From: Eledone cirrhosa
Lineage: Eukaryota
NCBI GenBank assembly: GCA_964016885.1
Contig: OZ024757.1
Span: 7,316,001-7,380,000, forward strand
Length of the DNA: 64,000 bases
Direction: 5' to 3'
Shown: piece by piece, positions 1 to 10,744 of the stretch
How the letters are laid out: every line of letters starts with the position of its first letter
Position numbering within the stretch: the first letter of the stretch is position 1
Translations under genes and position numbers: made by a program
The notes under the pieces: generated by a model
Database searches by the model: none
What the model was told of the DNA's origin: nothing
Seen by the model: the letters and a program-made list of their open reading frames with translations, nothing else

Positions 1-17
1 TTCTTTTTTTGGGGGGG

Positions 18-405
18 GGTGACCACTTATAGCGATGAACGGCTGCGTGTTCGTATCACGTCAGGGTTACCAATATAGCGAGGGATACTGGGTGTATGAA
101 TGTAACAAAACGAGACATGGTTTGTGTGTATAATATTTAATTAACGGTAGATAGTATACTTGACATGTCAAAGATAGATGTTAGAATGAAACAAAGTTAG
201 TAGTTACCGTTTTGATTGCCAGGCAAACGCGGCTGGCAGAGGGCGCCTGGCTAAGGCCAGGCGCCTGTTGGCCAAATTAATGGCAGAGCCAAATGAGAAG
301 ACTCTTGACCTGGTGCCGAAAAGGCAAAGAGAGAGAGGAAGCTTAAAGTTGTTAGTTTTATAGGGCTCTGACCGGAAGTCGTAGAAAGGGTTCCACCTCC
401 CGTCT
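18..405 (-). mobile_element. LTR retrotransposon fragment (5' LTR end plus tRNA-Trp primer-binding site)
   Basis: + strand 37-72 GAACGGCTGCGTGTTCGTATCACGTCAGGGTTACCA closely matches the 3' half of metazoan tRNA-Trp including CCA. On the minus strand it reads TGGTAACCCTGACGTGAT directly after ...TCGCTATAT. The far LTR boundary is not resolved. Confidence 0.5.
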
Positions 406-671
406 AGATCCCAATCAAAACAAGGGAGACAACCGCTACAATAGTGTTTGTCTTTAATATGTATGTGTTTGTGTGTAGATAATTCATCTTCTCATGAGAA
501 AGTTTTCCTACAAATCTCACAGCTATATTCAGGAATATTTTTGTGTAATGATCCTTGTTCAGTACACTGTATGTCTCTGTGACTCTATCTATATTGGTAG
601 AAACAGGTGTGGTAGAAATGTCCAAGTGTTTAACGTCCTCCATCGTAATTATTGAAGACTTCTTCGAAGTT
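404..671 (-). other. possible exon (acceptor at 672, ATG at 643), short ORF of unknown function
   Basis: Minus-strand ...CATATATCTTCAG|AAC acceptor context resembles the paralogous blocks at 5541/6685. The ORF MEDVKHLD... has no recognisable domain. Confidence 0.2.
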
Positions 672-1051
672 CTGAAGATATATGACTGTGTAAGACATGT
701 CGGTATAAGAAAGTATAAGAGAGAGAGTGTGTGTGTGTGTTTGTGTCTTAATAAATGAGGATTGTTCACCACGGAGTGTAGAAAAGTACACAATATCTGC
801 TGTGTTAACAATACAAATGATACGTACTTTATATTTCAAGTCCAAGTGTAAAGTCAAGAAAGACCAGGAAAGCTAATTGTTCAGATGTTGTTGATTTAAA
901 CCTATTTCTCACTGTCCTGTAAAATGTGGAACAACCAATTCACGATGTAGCGTAGTTTCTCATGAAATGAAATATTTAATCATGTAGGAGATGGAACACC
1001 TACCCTGGAACATGTAGCTCACTCTATGTTTTCTACAGAATATTAACTTTC

Positions 1052-1513
1052 GGCACTACCATGCTATTAGCTGTCACAAGTGAAAGTTTCGCCAACCTTC
1101 TCAATCGTAAACATCCTTTATTTCCGTATTACCACGCTATATTTTAATAAAGCATATCCATGTAAGTGGTGTTGTTACTTAAATGAAAACATAGGTGGCC
1201 CTTAAAAGGGCAAGATTAGAAAACAAGTCATGGTATCAAATAAATTGGATTTAATCATTTATATTTTCATAGTCATGGTTATCAATTTCATGTATAGGGT
1301 TGGTGAAACAAATTTGATAACCATATATTTGTTTATAAACTTAAATTTCTTTTCTAATTTGTCCCCTTTTAAGGGCCACCTATATTTCCATTTTAGTAAC
1401 ACCACTTACATCGATATGCTTTATTAAAATAACCCATGGTAATACAGAAATAAAGGATGTTTACTATTGAGAAGGTTGACGGAACTTGTGACAGCTAATA
1501 GCATGGTAGTGCC
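1052..1513. mobile_element. MITE (foldback), same family as 56459-57037
   Basis: Long imperfect inverted arms beginning GGCACTACCATGCTATTAGCTGTCAC and ending GTGACAGCTAATAGCATGGTAGTGCC. No clear TSD. Confidence 0.8.
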
Positions 1514-1767
1514 AATTAAATTATAAATTATAAATTAACATCGAAAAATTAGTAAAATAAAATATTACGGTCCTCAATACAGGTGGACCGCCCTGTCTTG
1601 CACTAACATAGTCTCCAACGTAGAATGTTTTCTTTTTTACCAGTGTTTAATATATATATTTTTAATCCTATTGTAAAGATTATGTTGAAATTCTGAAAAT
1701 CTAATAAATGTATGATTTTGAAAATAAAAAAATTTAAAGGAAGTAATTTTGTACTTTCATAAGAGGA

Positions 1768-2443
1768 GGATAGAGTAATAGATGTAAAGAGAGGGGGAGA
1801 AATAAGAGGTTGATAGAGTAATAGATGTAAAGAGAGGGTGAGAACTAACAGGTAGATAGAGTAATAGAAGTAAGGAGAGGGTGAGAACTAAGAGGTTGAT
1901 AGGGTAATAAATGTAAAGAGAGGGGGATAAATAAGAGGTTGATAGAGTAATAGATGTAAAGAGAGGGGGAGAACTAAGAGGTTGATAGAGTAATAGATGT
2001 AAAGAGAGGGGGAGAAATAAGAGGTTGATAGAGTAATAGATGTAAAGAGAGGGTGAGAACTAAGAGGTTGATAGAGTAATAGATGTAAAGAGAGGGGGAG
2101 AAATAAGAGGTTGATAGAGTAATAGATGTAAAGAGAGGGGGGAAATAAGAGGGAGAAAGAGTTATAGATGTAAATAGAGGGGGAGAAATAACAGGTAGAT
2201 AGAGTAATAGATGTAAAAAGAGGGAGAGAAATAAGAGAGAATAAGAGTAATAAATGTTAAGAGAGGGGGAGAAATAAGAGGGAGAAAGAGTTATAGATGT
2301 AAAGAGAGGGCCAGAACTAAGGGGTAGATAGAGTAATAGATGTAAAGAGAGGGTGAGAAATACGCGGAAGATAGAGTAAAAGATTTAAAGAGAGGGGGAG
2401 AAGGACGAGATAGATAGACATAAAAATGTAAAGAGAGGGGGAG
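1768..2443. repeat. 43-bp purine-rich minisatellite (~15-16 units)
   Basis: Unit GATAGAGTAATAGATGTAAAGAGAGGGGGAGAAATAAGAGGTT, period 43 (e.g. 1812 to 1855). Confidence 0.9.
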
Positions 2444-2603
2444 AGTGTGACTCGCATTTATTTGTCTATCTCTCTTTTTTTTTCTCCTTCCTTATATCGT
2501 AGTCTCTCACCGCTCCTTCGCAAAGCCGATCGCAGCACTCTCTTTGCTCTTTTTCAGTCACCTGGAACTAAGTAAAAAGAGTAGGAGATAACTCGAGAAG
2601 AGC

Positions 2604-2688
2604 CGGAGAGGGTGAGATTCGAACCATGTAAAGTCGTAAGCCCCTGAGGTTCGTACGGGGCTGCTACTGACTGGACAACTCGGGCAGC
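2604..2688 (-). other. tRNA-derived / Pol III-like relic
   Basis: Minus strand contains a B-box-like GGTTCGAATC and a small hairpin. No clean cloverleaf. Confidence 0.3.
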
Positions 2689-2744
2689 AAGGCAAACCGC
2701 GCTAAAATAAAGCTTATATTGAGAAAAAAACAAAAATTTCCCTG

Positions 2745-2815
2745 TCGTGTCGCCATCTTGTTTGTTGTTCTTTTATTTTATGTAAACATTCGCTGCTCTA
2801 GCGTCTTATTTCCTG
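2745..2815 (-). promoter_or_regulatory. putative promoter/TSS region (YY1- and ETS-like motifs)
   Basis: Minus-strand ACAGGAAAT (~2807-2815) upstream of CAAGATGGCG (2751-2760) in a relatively CpG-rich patch. Confidence 0.3.
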
Positions 2816-2846
2816 TTAAATTACACTTAATTCCATTTGAATAAAC

Positions 2847-5540
2847 TTTTTTTTTTTTGTTTAATATTGTAGCGGTTTTATTGTGTTGTATCAGATAAAA
2901 GAATGGAATTTAACTAATGTATTGGTACGTGATGGGGCCCACCCACAACCCCGGCGGACAGAATGGAGAAGGCGTTTCCACGGAGGACGGCAAGGGTGAC
3001 GCGCTGGAAAAGCCACTCCAACTCGTGGGGCTCACACCTACGGCTGGCCAGCTCAGCGCCTATGGTGGTGAGTAAGGAGGTAGCCCTGGGGCCGAGGACA
3101 CCAGAAGTTTCCACTTCCAGGGGTACGACCACAAACCTGTCGGAGAGCGACCGGTATTTGAGGAGTTTGGCCCCCTCAGCCCGACATGCAGCAGAACCTG
3201 GGTCAGTCGCAGAAAGTGTCGGTGCAAGTGGATCCCAGACAAGGGGTTTGCCACCGCGCAACGGGAAGATGGTCATGCCATCTGGCCTTTTGCCGTCCCC
3301 TCGATCCAGCCCCACCGGCTCGAGCTGGGAAGGGAAGCCTGCAGCGTCCAAGCCATGCTTAATAACCTCGTTGAGGGCAGTATGGCGTGGAATGCGGCCG
3401 GCACCGTGGCGACTGGAAAGCGGGTGGAGGCCGAAAGTGTTCACGGTGGAACCGCAGCGATATTGCTGTGGCTGGCAGATCCGGAGGCCGAGCCTCAGGG
3501 AAACGCCGAATCGCAGGCTATGGTTGTCTAGCTGCGTGCCAGTGGAGAAGGAAGGCAGAGCATGGAGCCAGGAACCACTGTGGGGTTTGGAGGCCGCACG
3601 AAAACAAGCAAGGCGGTGCTGGTCGAGCTGGCGCGTGAGCCTGTCTGAAACCAAGCTGCACTGGATGGCATCCCAAGTGCGTTGGGGGAACTTGAAGTCA
3701 ACAGGGGGAGAAGGAGGAGGGACGTCTACTGGGCAAGTCCCAGCCGGTCCCACGTCTCACAGGCGACCACACGTTCTCGGAACACATAGGGTTCTGTTGT
3801 GTTTTGAAGAACTTTGCTGACGAGGACGCGGCACGAGGTTACCGACGAAAGATACGCCGGCAAAGCTAGTGAGATCGAGGACTGGAGGCGAAGGCCGCCA
3901 TACCTGACAGGTAAAGTGGCCTGTTGCCACCCTATGTCGTCAAACTTGACGGTGCATATCCCCTCGGCTGCTGCTCGCATACAAGTATCGAGGTCAGCGA
4001 GGAGAGATGCCTGGGTGTATCATGGAGTGCTGCGGAGTGTATAGAGGGGCTTCGGCATGGCGAAGTAGTTCCTCAGCAGAAAGAGAGCTGGGTGGCCGTC
4101 AATCAAGCCCAGTAGGCTCGTGAGAGTCTGGAACTTTTGAAGCCTGGACCTGATGGTGCAGCGGATGGCCGGCGGGTGGATCGGTGATCCGAGGATGAGG
4201 ACATCCTCTTTGGGGTGGGGGTCACCTGAACCTGGGGGAGAATGGACCGCACGTCCAAGACGAAGGCTGCGAAGCTCCCAGCATCGAGGCTGACGTTCAC
4301 CACCTCCGATTTAGCCGAGTTGACCTGGAGGCCGATTCCCGCCAGGGCAGGAATCACCAATTGAAGGCCTTGGCAGACCGTCCGTACGGGCCCGCCCAAC
4401 GTAGCATCATCCAGATACCAAATGTTGAGAGGGGCCGTGATACTCCGGGCGATGTGGTCAACACCAAGGGCGAACAGGAGGGGTCCCAAAGGGTCGCCCT
4501 GTTGGACCCCCAGTAGCCGAGAGTATGACCGTATCAGCAGCTAGGAGCATGCTCGGGGCTCCATATGACAGGTAGGCCAGGAGCTAGACAGGGGGGGGGG
4601 GGGCTCGGCTGAGGCAGGCCTCCAGCAGATGATCCCAGCGTAAAGAGTTGAAGGCATTCCTCATGTCAAGCTTGACAATGAGATGCCTGGAGTCCCTGGA
4701 TGCCGGTACCGATGGGCAGCTGCTGAAGAACTGCCTGATTGCATGAGTCGCTCCCTCACAGCCACCGGACACGCCGACACCCAGTTGCACCGGAATAAAC
4801 TCCTCACCCAGTTCGAGTGTGACGGACTTGCAGATCACCTTGGCAGCCAGCCTCCGGAAGACATTGCCCACAGCAATGTGGCGTATGCCACTCTCTTTCT
4901 TCCTGAGAGCGGTGAGTCTGGCTGAAAAAAAAAGGCCTCGGGCGTAAGGGTCGAGAGCACCATGAATGAGCCTATTGGTGAGCGTCACAATTGCATTCAG
5001 AACGGCGGCGCCCGGCCTCAGCAGAGAGGGGGGATGTCAACTCCCTGAGGTGGCCTGGTCGGAGACCATCAACACCTCCGCAGCTGCTAGCTGGGAAGGA
5101 CCTGACGGCGGGCATGATATCTGCATCAGTAGCCACAAGGAGCAAGTGGGGGTCGGGTGGGAGTATGGGTCTGAGATCAGTGGGTGGCTCAGGGTGTTTG
5201 AGCCGCAGAGCAGCCAGGACTTCCTCGGTGGGTTCGAGGACAGTGGCCCCTGAGGCAACAACTCTGAGGCAACAACTCTGAGACATCACCCATGATAAGC
5301 TTTGCGTTTACCTGGTCACGCAAACGCTTGGCGCTGGCCTCGGGGGTGGAGGAGAGGGGGTAGCTGAGGTTGGGGTGTGTGGCGTCCCTGGGCACGCTTG
5401 GAATAGGTGCTCGCCCAAATGACGAGACATTGCCCTTGACGAAGGCTGCTGTTAACCGGTCAGCGCCAGAGCTGGGGAGGCCGAGGGCGAATGGGGCGAA
5501 ATAGAACAACCGCTCCCAGTCACTGGCGCGATTGGAGTCC
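2847..5540 (-). mobile_element. CRE-clade non-LTR retrotransposon (RT plus restriction-like endonuclease), 5'-truncated and frameshifted
   Basis: The broken ORF set gives RT motifs (IRHIAVGNVFRRL, KLDMRNAFNSL, QQGDPLGPLLF, WYLDD) and C-terminal RLE motifs (RH..LN, EP, KRPDG, WD). There is a short 3' UTR with AATAAA and a poly(A) tail at 2847-2858. GC-rich relative to flanks. Confidence 0.85.
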
Positions 5541-5829
5541 TTGTAATGGAACTCTTTGTAGACACAATTGTAAAGTAAGAATAGATATGACAGTGTAAGA
5601 CTGATGACGGGGAGAGAAAATTGTGTGTATCGTCTTCCTGTCTTCCTCCGGTTGCAACGTTTTTTGAAATATCCAGTTCTGCGTTTACAGATTGACTTTG
5701 TTAGTTTCAGAAGATCCCGTTAAGGGTGAAAGCAGCGATTCTCTGCTTAAACTTTAATCTGTTATTTTAATAAATATATATTGTTACACAAGAGATATAA
5801 TTAGATTAATTAAAGTTATAATGGTTTCT

Positions 5830-5969
5830 TATTTAGGCACAAGGCCTGCAATTTGGTGGGGGGGGGGGAAGTCGATTAGATCGACCTCAGTGCGTGACTG
5901 GTACTTTATTTTATCGACCGCGTAAGGATGAAAGGCAAAGTTAACCTCGGCAGGATTTGAACTCAGACC
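5830..5969 (-). mobile_element. tRNA-derived SINE fragment (cephalopod OK-like family)
   Basis: CTGGTACTTTATTTTATCGACC...GGATGAAAGGCAAAG...GGATTTGAACTCAGA. A second copy is at ~35325-35432. Confidence 0.7.
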
Positions 5970-6144
5970 AAATAATGATTTCATTTATTGGCCACAAGGG
6001 CCGACTCTCAGACCAAATAATAAAGACAGTCATGATAACAATAACCTGAAATATAGGATTACGTCGAGTGCTCTCCCTAATACTACATCAAGGTTGACTA
6101 TACGGAATGACCAGTTCTATCCAGTGGTGAGCCAACAAACCTAA

Positions 6145-6288
<144 letters not shown>

Positions 6289-7545
6289 CAGGGAGAATGA
6301 TATTCTGACGGTCTTCCAGTTTATTCCGAAGTCTGTACAAAAGATTTACTGTTGATTGTATAACTAAACTTTGGAGATTTTAAACAAAAAACTAACTTGT
6401 AATGGATAATATCACAGCTATTTCTAGCAGGTAGAGAGACTACGTAGAGGTTTTCTTATTGATGTATAATTGATATTTTACTGAGTTATACTTTCTGACA
6501 TACAATGAATTAAATACGATTGGAAGTGTGTCTGAATACATTAACTTATATCAGTGACTGTTAACGTATGACACCGGCAAGGGAGTTAAATCATTTCCAA
6601 CGACACCGTGTACTTGCTGTTTACTATAACTTTAATTAATCTAATTATATCTTGTGTAACAATTATATATATATATATATATATATACACAATTTTAATT
6701 CCCCGACATCAGTCTTACACTGTCATATCTATTCTTACTTTACAATTGTGTCTACTAAGAGTTCCATTACAATCTGTAGTAGTAAAACTACTATTTCACC
6801 AGAACATCTGCTATCAGTCATTTATAGACAATATATATATTTTAGACCACATATCAACCTAATATATATATATGTCCTGTTAAATCTGTAGCTAAAGACA
6901 TAAAGTCAGCCTCACTAATTCATTCTGACAAGATATCAATTTATGACTAAAGATGAAGAAGATACACCAACGTTAATGTCATGAAATAAAGCTGATAACA
7001 TTGAAACTTCTAATTTGATAACAAAGAGATTATTTCTTTGGTTGTTTAGTAACAACTAACAACACAACACATTGATTATATGTGAAGGAGGTAAGTTGAC
7101 AAAGATTTCCTTAATGTCTATATTAATGTGTGTAAATAATATAATTATGTGAACCCTACAACGATCCAGTAATTAACCAGATTCCACTGCTACATGTGAT
7201 ATAAAATATATTGTTATCATGACTGTCTTTATTAATTAAATTACCTCCGTCTATTTAATTATGTGGTTCACTACCTTACATTATAAAATATAGTTTATAT
7301 TTAGCTGTACCTTGTTGCTGTTTCAGGGAAGTTTTGTTCGTTTTAGTCTAAATTTATGTTGATTTAATTTACTTCATCTCCACCACAGGTTCTCAACCCA
7401 TTTAGGCCAAACGCCCCCTTTTCTCCCTCGAATTCATGAAACGCCCCCCCCCCCCCTCCGCCACCGTATTTTTTCAATTTTTCAATATACTACTGATTTT
7501 TATATCAGTAGTTTACTAAAAAATTGATTAACAATATTCCAAACA

Positions 7546-8180
7546 CGTGTGTATTATCTGATTATGTGTTGTATGTGGTCCTAGATGTGTGTATTATCTG
7601 ATTATGTGTTGTATGTGGTGCTAGATGTGTGTATTATCTGATTATGTGGTCCTAGATGTGTGTATTATCTGATTATGTGTTGTATGTGGTGCTAGATGTG
7701 TGTATTATCTGATTATGTGTTGTATGTGGTCCTAGATGTGTGTATTATCTGATTATGTGTTGTATGTGGTCCTAGATGTGTGTATTATCTGATGATGTGT
7801 TGTATGTGGTCCTAGATGTGTGTATTATCTGATTATGTGTTGTATGTGGTCCTAGATGTGTGTATTATCTGATTATGTGTTGTATGTGGTGCTAGATGTG
7901 TGTATTATCTGATTATGTGTTGTATGTGGTCCTAGATGTGTGTATTATCTGATTATGTGTTGGTGGTGCTAGATGTGTGTATTATCTGATGATGTGTTGT
8001 ATGTGGTCCTAGATGTGTGTATTATCTGATTATGTGTTGTATGTGGTCCTAGATGTGTGTATTATCTGATTATGTGTTGTATGTGGTGCTAGATGTGTGT
8101 ATTATCTGATTATGTGTTGTATGTGGTGCTAGATGTGTGTATTATCTGATTATGTGTTGTATGTGGTCCTAGGTGTGTGT
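7546..8180. repeat. 40-bp minisatellite (~16 units) inside the hAT element
   Basis: Unit ATGTGTGTATTATCTGATTATGTGTTGTATGTGGTCCTAG, period 40 (7581 to 7621). Confidence 0.95.
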
Positions 8181-8345
8181 TCTACTCGCTTCTGTTTTTT
8201 TCTTTTCTTTTTTCTATTTGTAATATTATTTATACAATAGTCAATAAAATAGATCTACATAGTGTTAACTCGTTACGGTTGAGTCAATAATTTCAGACAA
8301 GATTCTAACTGTCTGCGCTCAAAGTGTCTTTGACCCAGGTGACTG

Positions 8346-8502
8346 TGGGTTTTTCCATTTTTAGTATCTCAATTACCGGTTAACGTCTCAATTACCGGAC
8401 ATGCCTGCACAGCTGCTCACATCTGCAGACAACATAACTATAGTCTGACCGCAGGTGTGCAGGCATGTCCGGTAATTGAGATCCTAAAAATGGAAAAACC
8501 CA
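8346..8502. repeat. small foldback / nested MITE inside the hAT element
   Basis: TGGGTTTTTCCATTTTTAG..TCTCAATTACCGGACATGCCTGCAC is mirrored by GTGCAGGCATGTCCGGTAATTGAGATCCTAAAAATGGAAAAACCCA. Confidence 0.75.
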
Positions 8503-8639
8503 GCGCCCCCTAGCCCCCTCCCCCAGCTCCAAACGCCCTCCTAACGCGACATTGCTCCCAAAAGCCCCCCTGGAGTTCTGAAAATGCCCCCCCCCCCCTG
8601 GTTGCACATGGCCCCCATTGAGAACCTTTGATCTACACC

Positions 8640-10015
8640 ATCATAGTTTTACGTCCATTTTTCAATCCTGGCATGGGTTGGTGGGTCCTTTTAAGCACAT
8701 CTCCCCACTCGCTTGTTCCTTCGTCATCTGTGAGTCTCAGCAATTTGAGATCAGCTCTCACCACATCTACCCTGGTCTCCCTCTAGTATGGCTTCCCTCC
8801 TCTGGTTTTCCGTGGCACTTCTTTAACCAATGATTACCAATTACTTCCTCATTTTATCCAAGCTCTGCCTTCCTCTCACATTTACGTTGCACACCCAACG
8901 AAGCATGGTTGCTCCATTTCTCTCCAGCTTATGCATGTCTTCTGCAGTTACTGCCCATATTTCACTTCCATGCAATATTGCACTTTACACACAAGTATTG
9001 TACAGCCAAGATTTTTGTACGTAGGGAGAAACCTGTATTTGCCAACAGTGTAAGTAGCTCTCTAAACTACAATCCTATCCTCTCTTACGAGGCACCCTCC
9101 TCTACTGCTAATTAGGTTACCTAGATAGCGGAAGCTATCATTGTGTACAGTTTATGCCTACTTCTTTCCTACATATGCAGTAGGGTCACTTATTCTCTAG
9201 TTCTTTTATGGATTCAGCTATAAGGACGAGATCATTCACATAGACCTTTTCTCGTGAACAGCCAGTCTTAAACCCATTGGTTATGGCCTGGAGAACTATG
9301 ATGAACAGCAGTGGGTTGTGAACTGAACCATGATGAACACCTACCTGCACATTGAATTCTTCACTAAACCCCCTTCCTACTCTTGCTTTACTGACAGCTC
9401 CTCTGTACATGACTTGCACTGCTCTCAAAAGCCATTCTCCACCTAATTTTCTGAAGGACCACCAGATAATAGAGTAAGGTACTCTGTCAAAGGCCTTTTC
9501 TAGATCTATAAAAGCTAAATATTGCAGCTTAATCTTGGCTAGGAACCTCTCTTGTCGTTGTGTCACTAACAAGTTTCATCAGTAATTCCAAAGAGAATGT
9601 CAATTATATGTGTGTGTGTGTTGAACAATGAACATAAAACAAAAGTCTAAGATTGCTTCTTAATTTATTCTCTGCATTCATCAATCTCTCATAGTAACAT
9701 TTCAAGGCCTCTTTCTTTTGAGCATCAGTGGTGAAAAGTGTACCAATGTCATTTCTAACACACCTTTCCCTGTCTTGCAATGTGGAACACTTCACACCTC
9801 TGATTCTCATGTCTCAATACGTTGGCAAACTTTCTTTTTCAGCCTCTCTCTGTGTTATGTATACCTGTCTTCTAGCTTCTCTCTTAGCTACCTGGTCCTG
9901 GTCTGACGCCCCTATTTTTCCAGTCTTTCCATGCCTGTCACTTGTCTTTAACCCTTTATCATTTAAACTGGCCGTATCCAGCCAGAATTCTCTCACTTCT
10001 TTCTGTTCAAACCGG
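8640..10015 (-). mobile_element. degenerate RTE LINE fragments
   Basis: ORF 9186-9572 has [13 protein letters not shown]...GVHHGSV..PLLF; neighbouring RTE-like fragments. Confidence 0.8.
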
Positions 10016-10259
10016 CTGTAACTCGCTGCTCATATTGATGTTAATGTATTGTCCTCAAAATAAGTAATATCAAAGTCTCATAGATTCAATATTATGTGAG
10101 ATAAAGACTTTACCATGAAAATATAATAGTAAATATAGAGTAATGTAAATGCTACAGGGTTAATAGCTCTATCTACTGTGCTGTTTCACTACTAGGTCAC
10201 CCACTGTCTGGCTGATACTTTGTTCCAGCCACAAGTCTTATCAATTATTCCAAAGAAAT

Positions 10260-10578
10260 TGTCAATTATATATGTGTGTTTGTGGGTATTGAACATTGAA
10301 AATAAAACAAAAGTCTGAGATATGGTTCATTGTTTTACAATCGTTTCAGAGGGTTGATTGATCATGGTAAATCAATATATTGATACAGTGTGATTGATCA
10401 GGGATTTTGAGACTAGAAATATTTAGTGACATAACAACTACCTGTTTGTCAATATATCAATCTACCATGATCAATCAAACCTCTGAAATGATCGTAAAAC
10501 AATGAACTAATTAAGAACATATCTTTATCTCTAGTTTTATTTTCATTGTTCAAAACACACACATATATATAAATGACT
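10260..10578. mobile_element. foldback/MITE-like element
   Basis: GTTCATTGTTTTACAATCGTTTCAGAGGGTTGATTGATCATGGTA is mirrored by TACCATGATCAATCAAACCTCTGAAATGATCGTAAAACAATGAAC. A partial copy of the left end lies at ~9590-9655. Confidence 0.65.
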
Positions 10579-10744
10579 GTAACTCTAGAAGAATCTTTGA
10601 AGAAACCTTATGTGATAAGATCCTACTACAAAAACTATAACTTTCATCACCCAATCTTGTTGAAACCAGCTCTTCAAGGCTGCAATGTGTTCTAACAATG
10701 TTATCGGTCTCTCCCTAAACACTGGAATACTAGTATATAGTATA

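Larger units (their letters stand above)
7384..8630. mobile_element. non-autonomous hAT (Charlie-like) element
   Basis: TIRs CACAGGTTCTCAA / TTGAGAACCTTTG. 8-bp flanks ATCTCCAC (7376-7383) and ATCTACAC (8631-8638) match at 7 of 8 positions. Subterminal ACGCCCCC repeats. Confidence 0.8.

Noticed and set aside
2604-2688. Functional tRNA gene
   Set aside because: B-box present, but no consistent acceptor stem or anticodon arm could be folded.
2963-3820. 285-aa plus-strand ORF
   Set aside because: Antisense shadow of the GC-rich CRE endonuclease region.
7546-8180. CRISPR-like array or shared origin with the 52-bp satellite
   Set aside because: No spacers. Similarity to the 52-mer is limited to short AT-rich words (ATTATCT, CCTAG).
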